Shown: one piece after another, positions 19,600-31,100 of the stretch | Layout of the letters: each line of letters opens with the position of its first letter | How positions within the stretch are numbered: the first letter of the stretch is position 1 | NCBI GenBank assembly: GCA_030141605.1 | Contig: JAQGDQ010000176.1 | Span: 1 to 64,000 of the forward strand | Length of the DNA stretch: 64,000 nucleotides | Direction: 5' to 3' | From: Tubiluchus corallicola | Lineage: Eukaryota > Animalia > Priapulida | Position numbers and translations under genes: made by a program | The notes under the pieces: generated by a model | Told to the model about the DNA's origin: nothing | What the model saw: only the letters and a program-made list of their open reading frames with translations | The model's database searches: none

Positions 19600-21702
19600 A
19601 ATTACAAAAATTGTCTTCGAATTATGAAGTTTAAAAACCTATTCCACAAACATTCAATAAAAAAACTGCACATGCAATCCAACGCCTACCTAAGTACCAA
19701 CACACACACGGTGAGGTCTACTTTGCGTACTTCGCGTGGAGCGCACAGGATCATGGGTAAAATGATGTTATTCGATGTGTAAACAAACCCGCGTGGCAAA
19801 TTACATTATCGTTAGTTTCAACAACAATTTTAATGGTGTAGAGTGCTGCTACTAATAAAAATTGTAGCTGTAAACTAGTTGACAAACTTTGTGACAAGTA
19901 GAAACTGAGTTTTACAAATCTCATTAGTGATGCATTCGTTAATTTAGTTTTGTATAACTAAAACTATAGATGCCTTCAAGTTACCAGAAGTTTCTAGTGA
20001 CTAAAAGCTAAATATGGTACTGTCCATCTTTCTGGTGAAAGTGCAAAGTATTTTTTATATATATGGAAGCTGAATAAGGAAACTTGTAAAAGATTCACAT
20101 TTTTATTATTTAATTCATATTATTTTTTTAATTTGCTATATTGGGTTCATTTTTATTAGCTTTGTTTATTGTAAATATATACAGATTAGTACTAACTATA
20201 GTAGTAACTTTTTCAGGAATAAAAGTAATATACTAAGTGGTCCACTCACATAGCTTGGGTGGCATCAGTCATTTAATTTTATGGAAGGAAGAACAGCATG
20301 AAATAGTGGACATGTTGCCAACAGGAATATCCATTGACAAAATTGGACAACCTTGAAGCTGATGTGTGTTGAGAGAGGAAATTTACTTTTTACTGTACAT
20401 AAAACATAAGTAGACATTGACAAGCTGCAAGCATCGACTTAGCATTATTGTAATTCAAGAGCTGTGTTACTGTTGTGGCAAACTGATATGGTTGCAATTT
20501 TAACATGTGTAATATGAAGTCTGCTTTAGCTGTTCGTATTGTAAATGCTTGTCCAATTATATGCGTAAATCAAACACTGTGACATACAATAGCAGTATTA
20601 ACTAAAATCTTCATAAGGATTTGAAATTTGGCTCCCCTGATTTACATGTCAACATGTGTGCAAAAGCTAGTTTAAAATGTTTGTGTTTCCAAGCATATAT
20701 CAATATATATAAATTAAGCAACAGTCAATTCGACGTTTGCAACTTTTTGTATTTCAGAATAGCAGTGACAACAAGCATATTGAGAACAACACACAACTAA
20801 AAACTAACAACTCACAAACTGCAATAGCCTAAGTAACTCACTAATGATTCCACATGCATAGCAAACATGCATTAGCATTCCGGCTACATAAGTATTGGCA
20901 GCAGTTATTATAAAATGTGTGCGATCCATTATAAAATATTCTAGAGGCTACCAGCAATAACACAGATAAACAAGATAGCAAGTGTAGTATTCCTTTGTGT
21001 GCTGCTTTGTAAATACACCAATAACTGCTGGTTTTACTAGTCTACTAGAACATGTATACAAGAAACTGCATTACAGATAGCTGAAAAATATCTGAGAAAT
21101 GAAATAATCATGGGCATTTATCTTTTGTGGAAAAGAATAGTGAACTTGCAAAAACTTATGTTAACTCTCTCTGCTATTTTCTTATGTGAGGAAAAACTTT
21201 TCATTAGTAAGGGTCAGTATAACAGTAAAAATTTCACAACTGCATTGTGTGCACGTCATTTAAAATCGAAGGCCACAAAATTATTTGTGAATAAGAGCTG
21301 CCAAAAACTGCTCTTAATAAACTAAGACAACAGAAATAGTGGCACACTTTTGCAAACAGCAAAAACAAATGCTTCTTTATTCAAGACTTTTGGCAGCTCT
21401 AATGTTATCAGTCAACTAAATAAATGTGATTAAAGTATCATTACGTGTTAATTGACTTGCAGTAAGTAAGTTAGAAGCAAGTTAAATTGCAGAAGTTTGT
21501 GAAAGTTAATAAGCGATACATTAATGATACACAGATTATGATGTTAATAAATTATAATCATCTGTAATACATCAACCTAAAAATGTCTACAATGAAAATG
21601 TATGGTACTACACTGAAGCACACAACACACACTAAACTGTGCAAATAAAAAATCAAATACGAAATTGTATAAGCACCTGTGAGTCACATTCATCAGGAAC
21701 TA

Positions 21703-24549
21703 CTAGTTTTTGTAATGAGGCCTTCTCAGTTTAGGCAAATGAGTCTGGGAATGGCACCTGAACATCTGCAATCTTACAGTTTTCCTGCACATGGAGAGTG
21801 GTGGCTTGTAGAATTTTTTTAGGGAGTCCGCTCTCTCTCCAACTCGTCCCTTGGACTTGAGCATTGGCAGTGGAACAGGTAAGCTCTGGTCAAGCCTTGC
21901 TTTCTTTCTTGCAGGACAAGCACTTTCAGACTCTAAGATCAAACCATTGTCTTTCTTCACCAGTTTTGTGGCTTCCTCAAGACATTCGTCTACTAAAGTT
22001 GTGCAATTTCTAAACTGATCTGGGTCAGCATCCTTGCTGAATTTGTAAGTCAGGTCAATTACCTGTTTCAAAGTGGACCTTGCTGATATCAGATGGTTTT
22101 TGAATTGGCCATGCCTCAATGGTAATTCACCAATTGAAAAGTTTGCCGCCCCATCAGGTTCATCTTCTATTTCGCTACTATCAGACACCTCATGGTACTC
22201 TCTCTTGAATGAAACATGGTCATCTGGAACTCCATGAGTGCTCTGTTCATCTTGAGGTTGAAATTTGACAGTGCCGTCTATGAGCTCCCAATCCAAGTTC
22301 AGAACAGGGTGTTCCCTATAGAGGCTGCTAATGTCCTCCCAACCGAAACCTACATTTGCCTTGATGACAGCGAAAAAATGCAAAATCCACCATTTCTGAA
22401 TAATGCAAAAAAGAAAGATAATATTCATAACTATTCTGACCAACATGCAAATTATTTAGCTTAGGCAAAGTAAAATATTACTACAACACATTTCATTCAC
22501 CCTAAACTCTGGAAACTTCACAATTTTTTTTATCTGGATTGTTGCAGGACAACCCATCTTTTTTGTAGGCTGCTGCAGAAATCTGCTTTTTACAAATGCA
22601 TGATCATTTCTCTGAAAATAAACTCAAATTTAGTACATAGAAATGTGATTTAATATGTGCATATTGGGTGTATATGTATTCTAAACTAGTATATATCACA
22701 GCAATGCTAACAGGCTTTTGCTTACCAGCGTCTGATTCTGTTTTAATTATTAGTTTCTGCAGTATCTTCGTGTTTGAACCAGATACATCAAATGTCAATC
22801 ACTTGACATAAGTACTTATTATGCCACTTTTTTATACTAGAAAGCTACTTTAGTGATGCAGAGACACTCACACATATATAAAAGGGTATACTAAAAATGC
22901 ATTGTGACTATTTATTAATCACTAGAAACTTGGGTTGCCAACTATCTCACACACAAGTAAGATATGCTTTGTAATGGAAAAATACAAAAGTTCAGTCAGC
23001 TAGGGCTATTAAATAAACCTAGCTACTCAGGCCTTGACTTTTCATTCCTGATTTGTTGGTTCACTCCAAACAAAGTTTGTGAAAGATGTTCCATACCTGA
23101 AAAAGCCAGAATCATTCTACACGTATCTAAAATAAATTTCTTTAATCGTTACAAATTTTTGATGAATATTTTGCTTATTAATGCCTGTAGGTTGTTACCA
23201 ATTTATTTCCTAAAAAAGTAATTAACGTTTTTATCTAGTTTGTTCGCTGGCCACAGAACTTTATATTAGACTGGTAAATTAAAAATCTGGCCTTACCAAT
23301 TCTTGTCTTCTTTCCACCTTTGTAACATGCAATGGGAAAAGCAAACTGAAATGGCAATATAACAAGCAAATGAAACAAAATTATTAATATAAAGCATAGC
23401 AATAAATGGCAAAATTAAAGCTTAAAATCAAAAGCATGGTGCATTGCAAATTAAGTAGATATTTTAAGCATAAGAACCAAAAAAACTTGCAAAACTGAAA
23501 GCACAAATTGATAAAAATTATAACTATAAAAACGTAAAAATTATAAAAATCCATTCTGCAAAATCCTGAGCCATTCCATGTGCAATAAATTCCTTTATTC
23601 ATTACTAATTTTCTTTTGGAATTTGTCCCACTAATATCTGTTGGTGGTTCCCTCATGGCTTAAAATAGTATTAACACTTTTATTAAAAGGCTAAGAATTG
23701 CTTAAATTAAACGGATATGTAGTTTAATTGTATGTTCCCACTTATGATGAGATCTCATTTAGTTTAAGGCACATTTAGGAATAGGAAAGAAAAATGTGGG
23801 CCTCACCATACGCCGATCCTTATCTTCTTTCCATTTCTTCTTCACTGACAGTCCTCTGTCTCTGCCATGATGGCAAGAGTGTCTTCTTGCCCAAGAAGAC
23901 AAAAGGAATGCCCCATCAAATTCAATTGGCAAACCATTTGCTTTCCGAGACGAAAGTTGCCAATGAATTTTCATACCATTTGATACATCTGAAATGTAAA
24001 TCAGACTCCAACGTACGGTATTTTAGTTCACAAAACTTTCAACACCGGTTTAGCACTTATTTTTCATATCATATGCAGCTTCATATCATGTCATAGTAGT
24101 TTTTCCTATCATATGCAGTGTTTATGAATATAGGCCCGTGAATGACTATAAATATAGTACTATTAATTATAACAGAATTCAGACAACAAAACTCAAAAGA
24201 CTCTGCATAATTCGATTCTCTGTAATTCAGAATATCTTTCATCTCAGACAGATTCAATAGCACGGACTTCTTTCTTTATATCTTAATGCTTAAAGCGATT
24301 TAGGCCAACACTGCCTTTCTTTTCAAAACATTTTACTAATTATTATTATATTAACAATAACATATATTTGCAAACGCCTGCCATGTGCCACAACTCACTT
24401 GGCTATGACACTATAGACACTTACCGACGTCATCGCTTCCGCTGCGACTCAACTACATAATGAGTTGTAGTATCCAATTCATGTTGTTTGATCACTCGAA
24501 CGCAATCATTCACATCGGATACTACAACAGTCTTGTATGCAGCAGCCAT
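21703..24549 (-). pseudogene. Decayed spliced CaRF/ALS2CR8-domain, post-SWIM MULE gene; exons ~24549-24425, 23988-23807, 22611-22501, 22395-~21680
   Basis: MAAAYKTVVV...HELDTTTHYVV; FDG/IPFVFLGKK/CHHGRDR (frameshifts); TKKMGCPATIQIKKIVKFPEF; HFFAV...WEDISSLYREHPVLNLD; GT-AG borders; no DDE core visible. Confidence 0.7.
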
Positions 24550-24573
24550 TTTCTGTTCTTGGTTGAATTTTGA

Positions 24574-25191
24574 TTGGATACTGAGCTTCATGCAAGAATT
24601 AATGCTGCAGCCAGCTCTTTCGGCCGTATGAGGAAACGTGTCTTCGATAACCATGACCTTACCATCGCCACTAAACTGCAGGTGTACATGCATTGCATCA
24701 TTCCGCAGCTTTCCTATGGTCAGGAAACGTGGACGCTCTATCAAGATCAGGTCAGGTCTCTTCGTGCGGTTCAGCAGAGACATCTGCGTCACATCCTTCG
24801 TATTCGCTGGGACGACTATGTGCCAAACGAAGACGTGCTGGCTCGTGCCAAGATGGAAGATATCGAGGTTACGCTTACTAAGGCTCAACTTCGGTGGTTT
24901 GGGCATGTGGTCAGAATGAACGATAAGAGACCGACAAAGGCTCTTCTTCATGGAGAACTAACCAGTGGCTCTCGCAGTGTTGGTCGTCCTCTCCTTCGCT
25001 TCAAGGACAAGGTGAAGTTCTTTCTGAGGAAAGGTGGAATGTTGGACAAGCTGCCTTTCGCAGTTCACGACCGTCCTGCATGGAGATCCCTAGTCAACAA
25101 CTGTGCCGAAAAACTCGATGAAGAAAGACGGATGCTTGGATATGCAAGAAGGTTCAAGTCGTGGATAAGAGATGGTTTCATGGACATCTGA
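24574..25191 (+). mobile_element. RTE-clade LINE ORF fragment (post-RT C-terminal region) inside the MULE
   Basis: 205-codon open frame: RINAAASSFGRM, TKLQVY, LSYGQETW, LRHILRIRWDDYVPNEDVL, QLRWFGHVVRM, RSVGRPLLRFKD; GC-richer than flanks. Confidence 0.92.
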
Positions 25192-25333
25192 TTTGCACTG
25201 ATTTAGCCGTATCGGCTTCGACGTTGTACATTTGAATTTCGCGCGTACCCATAGTCCTGTGCGCAAAATCCGAATCATGCCCACAATTCTGTGCGCTCAA
25301 GGCGAAGTACGCAAAGTGGACCTCACCCACACA

Positions 25334-25347
25334 CACGTGCCGGAAAT
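25334..25347. promoter_or_regulatory. Adjacent E-box (CACGTG) and ETS-like (CCGGAAAT) motifs, candidate ADH5/EMC bidirectional promoter core
   Basis: Motifs lie between two divergent housekeeping genes, directly outside the MULE; function inferred. Confidence 0.4.
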
Positions 25348-25800
25348 GCTCGCCGCCTATATCACTTTTTTAACCTTGCGCCTCAACATAATTCTTTAAA
25401 AGCAAGAAATTCGTTAGTAAAACATTATCGAACCAAGTAATTAATATTTCACATATATGTGTTGATATGTTGTAATTTAGTTTTAAAATTACGCAAGATA
25501 ATTAATTTCTGGCATTTTTATAGCAATTACATAATATAGTCCGCGAGCAAAATGTCAATGCGCGTTTGGCGGAAATGAAGATTTAGTTTTGAGTTGTCAC
25601 ATTTACATTTTTAATGTTTTGTTGGCCTTGAGCAAAATATTGGTGGATACTATATCCTCTGACTTGTGCGAGACACGTTCATTGATTACAGTATAACATA
25701 CGACAAAACCTGCTTCTTCGTTAAGTGTTCAAATTATCGCTTAATGACGTTCTTTCAGTAGAAGAGTGTGATTTTGTATCAGCTCCATTTGGTTAGCGCT

Positions 25801-26406
25801 ATGGCAGAACGAGTTATTCTGGATTTACAAGCTTACTGTAAAATTTTGTTACACGTATTTAAATATCCACACTTAGCAGTAAACGGCTTGTTGCTTACGC
25901 GGAAATCGAAAAACAAAGAAAGCAAATCTATTCACGTAGTAGACGCCGTACCGCTGTTTCACATAACCTTAGGATTGGCCCCAATGATGGAAGTGGCGCT
26001 ATTTCAAGTCGACTCGTACTGTAAAAGCAATGATCTTGTAATAGCTGGTTATTACCAAGCCAATGAGAGTTTCAAACACAACAGTCCAGATTTGATAGCA
26101 TGTCGGATAACAGAGAAGATTGCCGAAAATTTTGGTGAGGCATTCCTTCTGATGGTGGAAAACGATAAACTTTCAAATGAAACTGACAATGCAGCTTTTA
26201 CAGTGTATTCAGTACTAGATGGAAAAGCAAAAAGAAGAGAATTTGATAAGATACAAGTAGAGGGCGGAAAAGGACATGCTGTGGCATCGGCCTTGTTATC
26301 AGCCAAAGATCATTGGAACTTAGTTGATTTTGATAATCACCTCGATGACATTTCTTTAGATTGGACAAATCCTGATGTCGCTGAGCGACTCAAAACTGTT
26401 ATATAA
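25801..26406 (+). CDS. EMC8/9: ER membrane protein complex subunit 8/9 homolog (UPF0172, MPN-like), intronless CDS
   Basis: AYCKILLHVFKYPHLAVNGLLL, VDAVPLFH, LAPMMEVAL, IAGYYQANE, LVDFDNHLDDISLDWTN. Confidence 0.95.
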   Translation: MAERVILDLQAYCKILLHVFKYPHLAVNGLLLTRKSKNKESKSIHVVDAVPLFHITLGLAPMMEVALFQVDSYCKSNDLVIAGYYQANESFKHNSPDLIACRITEKIAENFGEAFLLMVENDKLSNETDNAAFTVYSVLDGKAKRREFDKIQVEGGKGHAVASALLSAKDHWNLVDFDNHLDDISLDWTNPDVAERLKTVI

Positions 26407-28189
26407 GAAACTTGTATAATGAAATTTGTACATATATGTATAAAAATTATAATTCCCATTTGTATATTGATAAATTTTGGTGATACATTTATATGCAAAC
26501 AATTATAATTTTCTGAAAGACATAGTTCAAAAAATTAAACGTGTAAATGTTTGATTTTATTTGACTTTGGTGTATGCTTGCTTTATAATTGCTTAATTTG
26601 TCAAAAAACACCATTTTTACAGTAAAAAAACGACGGTATAGTTTGTCTGTAGGCTCTTGTTACTGGCAGTAGGCTTGAACCCACAACCTCTTGCAGAAAA
26701 AGCGGGTATTACTGATGTTTCTCTGCAGGCAATCGAATAATAAACTTGCATTAACAGCTATTTTAATTTCAAGGATTGACACAAAAAGAATCAGCATCTA
26801 GGTACATATTTACAGACTAACGTGTCAATATTGATTCCATTTTCTGCCATTTTAATATATTTAACCTGAATAGGAATTTAATGTGTTTGTGGGCTGAGAA
26901 ACAGAAATAATTTATGAAATTAGTTATGTAGGCTGTTGGTAAACATCTGCATTTTAATTTGCTCAGTGTAGTCTATGCCAGTTGGTTAAATAATGCAAAC
27001 TGCAATTTCTTAATCTGCTTTGAGTAATTAGCTTGTAGACGCCGGTATGTACTTAATAGTTAAATAGCTAAGAAGTAGAATTCTTTATTTTCTTAGTACT
27101 GTTGTTCTTTCTACTGAGTGTTAAACTTTATGGTCAGCCAGTTAATTTTTGATGTTTGCAATTACTAATTATATTTACTTGTCAATGACATACATGTTAA
27201 TATTAATAAAAGTTTTACCATATTCTGACTGTTTGAACAGTCCAATTTTGTTAAGGCTGATATCTGTTAATTAATTGGACTTTGATGATAATCCCTGATC
27301 GCTAGGCATTGTTGCAGAGATTTCACTGCAAAAGAACTTTTTAACTGCACCCCCAACATCTTTGGCATATCAATGAATAGGTAAACTTTTTTTAATTTGC
27401 AGTACTTGGCTGAAAGCTGAGATCCAGTGTAGCATTATTTTTACTGTCAAGAAGTAGCATCTTGTTAGTTTTCCAACATTGACTTGTGTATTTTCCTTCG
27501 TTTCCAAATTCTAAATGTTAAGTAGGTCACTGATAGGTGATGTGTTGACCCAAAGTCACAACATGACAGTACATAAGCACAATCTCCACACTTCCTAGAA
27601 TTCTACCCTGTCTGCTGCTAGTCTTATTAGAAAAATTATGATCAGAAAGTTTGATTGAGTTTGAAAAACACAGATAATAATTCTTTATTAATTAATGTTA
27701 AAAACGAGTCATGCAACAATTATACAAAATGAAAACCTTTTTTATTTAAAACTTACATAGCCATACAAACAAGAGCATCTGAATTTCCACGTATTTATCT
27801 CCGAGTGTTTATATTCATAAATCATATCTGAATAGTTTTCTAATACTAAGCTTTAACACTTTTACTATTGTTTAGTACAAATAAGTTAGGAGGATACGAT
27901 ATTAATCATTACTAGAGAATCGGCCATCTTGATAATTACGAAAACTTCTTACAATGTACAGTGTCTGATAAATCCATCTAACAAAGGTGATGCATTAAAT
28001 CAAACTTACACTTCTATTAAAAAGACAAGTAGCAATAAACACTGTGCTAATTTAATGCAAAGATTTGCAGAATCAAAACACCGTCACAGATAAAAGTGTC
28101 TAAAACAAGCATGAAAATATCCATAGAACAAGGAATATTTACAATGGAACAATAATATGAATACAGGACAAGATTTGTACAGTTTGTAA

Positions 28190-31100
28190 TCAACGCCGTC
28201 TCCTGCCTGGATCACTGTCTCTGCGTCGCGCCCTGCAACAAACAAAAACTTCACTTGAGCATTTTTAATGTGTAACAAATTAGTTTTTACCATGATGTCG
28301 TGGGAAACAGGGTGTATCAACAGGTGGCCAAGCTGTTTTTGTGGCTTCTTTTCTCTCCACACAGGGATGGGAATTTTCTGCAGATACGTGGAATTCTGAG
28401 TTTTTGGAAGACCAGTAGTGCCATTTTTGTAAATCGCGTAAATTCGTTGAAAATTTTTTTCGGGTTGAACCTCAGTTTCATCGAAATTATAACCAAAACT
28501 TTCAGTAGCATTTTTTGAGGTATTTATCCAGCTTACCTTTTATCTCATAGATGTTAAAAATCGCTGAAAAATTTTTGGCTAAAATAGTTCCAATAAAGCG
28601 TAAATATCGTTTATTTGATAATCTGTTCAATTTGTAGCATGCCTTTTATGGCAATGCGGCATATCTTCATTGCTGACAAATGTGAAGCTTTGAGGCCTCC
28701 ATACACAAACAATCGAAATGCCAAAGCGTAATTTGAATAAAACCAAGTTTAATTTTAGAATTTATGAAATATAGGCAACAAAATATATGCAAAATAAAAT
28801 TTGTTAATTTTTTGAAGCTTCACAATCATATGTATCATGTATCCTTGATAGTTGGGTATTTTAAATTATGCATGAAACAAGGTAATTGATATTTTAAGTC
28901 CACTTAGAGGCTCTCTATGGTCACAAAATTGCAATTTGTTGCTGCCCTCAAACCCCCAGCCTGTTTCAGAGTTTTTTGCAATTTGTCAGTCTCATCCCTG
29001 TCCACATCATGAATGACATGGTGGGCTTAAAATAAACATCTATTTTTTGACCCACAACAGGTCACCAAGTCTGAAATTTCACACGAATACCTATCTGACT
29101 AGCAATGGTCGGTGTTGCTTAACCTAACCTTAATGTTTAGATACCAATATATTGCCAAGCCACAAAATTATCTACTCAATCACTGCACATAATGCTAAAT
29201 ATACGATAAATTAGCAAATTACAGCATAGTAAATTATAATAGCAATCATATAGTAAAGAAAAATGTCTTTCTAGGGTCACAGTGAGCAGAATGCAGATTT
29301 TGTAAATGACATTTTTAGAAAAAATTGTCCAGACCTTCTCCTGTTTCTGCCGAGTTTGTTGGCATGGACAAAGGCCCAGTCTACAGCTATTTTCTGCCCG
29401 AGGAGATCAGAACCATTCAGTCCATCCATTGCAGCTTGGGCTTCTTTGAATGTCTCATACTCGACTAACACATATCCCTGGGAAAAATGAAACGTTTTAA
29501 GTCATAGTACCAAGAATAGTAGTGTAACCAATAACTATATTATTATACATACATACAATTTGCATAAAAATACGGAATTGTTTGAATTTTACTTTAAAAA
29601 GGTATTGTTAAGTAAATGTTTATTGCACATTAAACAGTCACATCAAATTTTGATAGCGAATAAACTTGAAGACATCCAATCGGGTTAAACTCTTAGTTTT
29701 TCTCAATTTTCAAGAAGTGAATTGTAAAGGTAAAACATTCCATGGCACCTGTAGTACTGCCTACTGACACCAACACAGTCACAGTAATGTGATTACAGAT
29801 GGGCTTGACACTTCAGGAATAGCTGTTTCTTAGATCCTTTAGATGATCCAGTTCTTTGAATCATTTTGAAAGTGCATGTGAAGCAAGTGTGATATACTGT
29901 ACCTTAAGAAACCCTGTTCGTCTATCCAAGTTCATGTGGAGGTTTTTCATCTCACCGTATTCCCCAAACTTATCGATGATGTCATCTTCCTGAGCTTCCT
30001 CGTGTACGTTTGTTACAAACAGTATCCAACCTTCTACAGCTAAGAACAGCAAATCACTCAACCTTCAGTTTACATACCTAGATATGCTACTATTGCATAC
30101 TAATTATTTTTGCAACATGAAGATGGTTATAACTGATACACAATTCATATTATTTTTTAGCAGTCACTTTTAAGAAAACAACTGCTTGATATCTATTGTT
30201 TCTTTGTCACAATAGTTCAGTGAAAGCATAACAATGGTGTTACACTTCGAAAAAATATAAACATAACAGTCAGTTGCTCATACAATTCACCGCCAGTAAA
30301 TAGGTTTGTTATTTTTATTATTACGATTATTATTATTATTATTACTAATATTATAAATATCATTATTATTATTATTAAATCTCTTTTGGCAGGAACAGAA
30401 TTTACAACATATTAATTTGATTACAAAATACAAAAACATTATACCAAGTTAGTTCATATGACAAGCTACATGCGTTTCACTATCAATTTTTTTCAACAAT
30501 TTCACCGCTTCAAATGCTTGCTAATTTAATTTAAATTTTTAATACATATATAATTATGTATGGACCTATATAGTTTACTGAAAAATTTACTAAATCTTTG
30601 TGCACGAATTAATTGTTTAATCTTGATTTACTGATATAAATGCAGTGGAGTGGATAAATTCACCTTTTATAAAATTAATAGAAGTTACCAATAGAATTTC
30701 ACTTAGTTTCACGTACACGTGATGCACACAATTATTATTGTCTATACTCAGCATCTTACAAACCTAGTCAAGTTCAACCAATCCAAGTTTTTTTTACCAG
30801 CAAAGTTGATTTATTCCTTTTCTGCACAAGTTATAATTTAATATTATTCTCTAGACATAAAATTAATAAAGGAAAACTAACATCTTTGCGGTCCAGGATG
30901 ATCATCGTCTTCTGGCTCGACAGATTCAAACTCTAGATCTTTACTTTTTGCTCCGGATTCTGCAACAACAATCAGTAAGTTAAAAAATATAAATGTAACA
31001 ACGATATCTTATGTAATTATCCAATGGCAAATACATCACACGTGCGACTAAAAATTTATACACAGTGGAGCAGCTAAAGCTTGTGCTGCCCGGAGCAGCA

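Larger units (their letters stand above)
19710..25327 (-). mobile_element. Mutator-like DNA transposon (MULE), non-autonomous, ~5.6 kb
   Basis: 48-bp TIRs (GGTGAGGTCTACTTTGCGTACTTCGC... at 19710-19757 vs 25280-25327; 42/48 match); perfect 9-bp TSD CACACACAC at 19701-19709 and 25328-25336; internal decayed transposase-like gene. Confidence 0.88.

Noticed and set aside
24430-24951. 173-aa minus-strand ORF as a real fusion protein
   Set aside because: First ~133 codons are the antisense of the RTE fragment; only the part from ATG 24549 belongs to the MULE gene
29277-29334. ORF-track C-terminus of RBM8A ([10 protein letters not shown]...)
   Set aside because: Intron read-through; splicing at 29335 to 28232 gives the expected Arg-rich end
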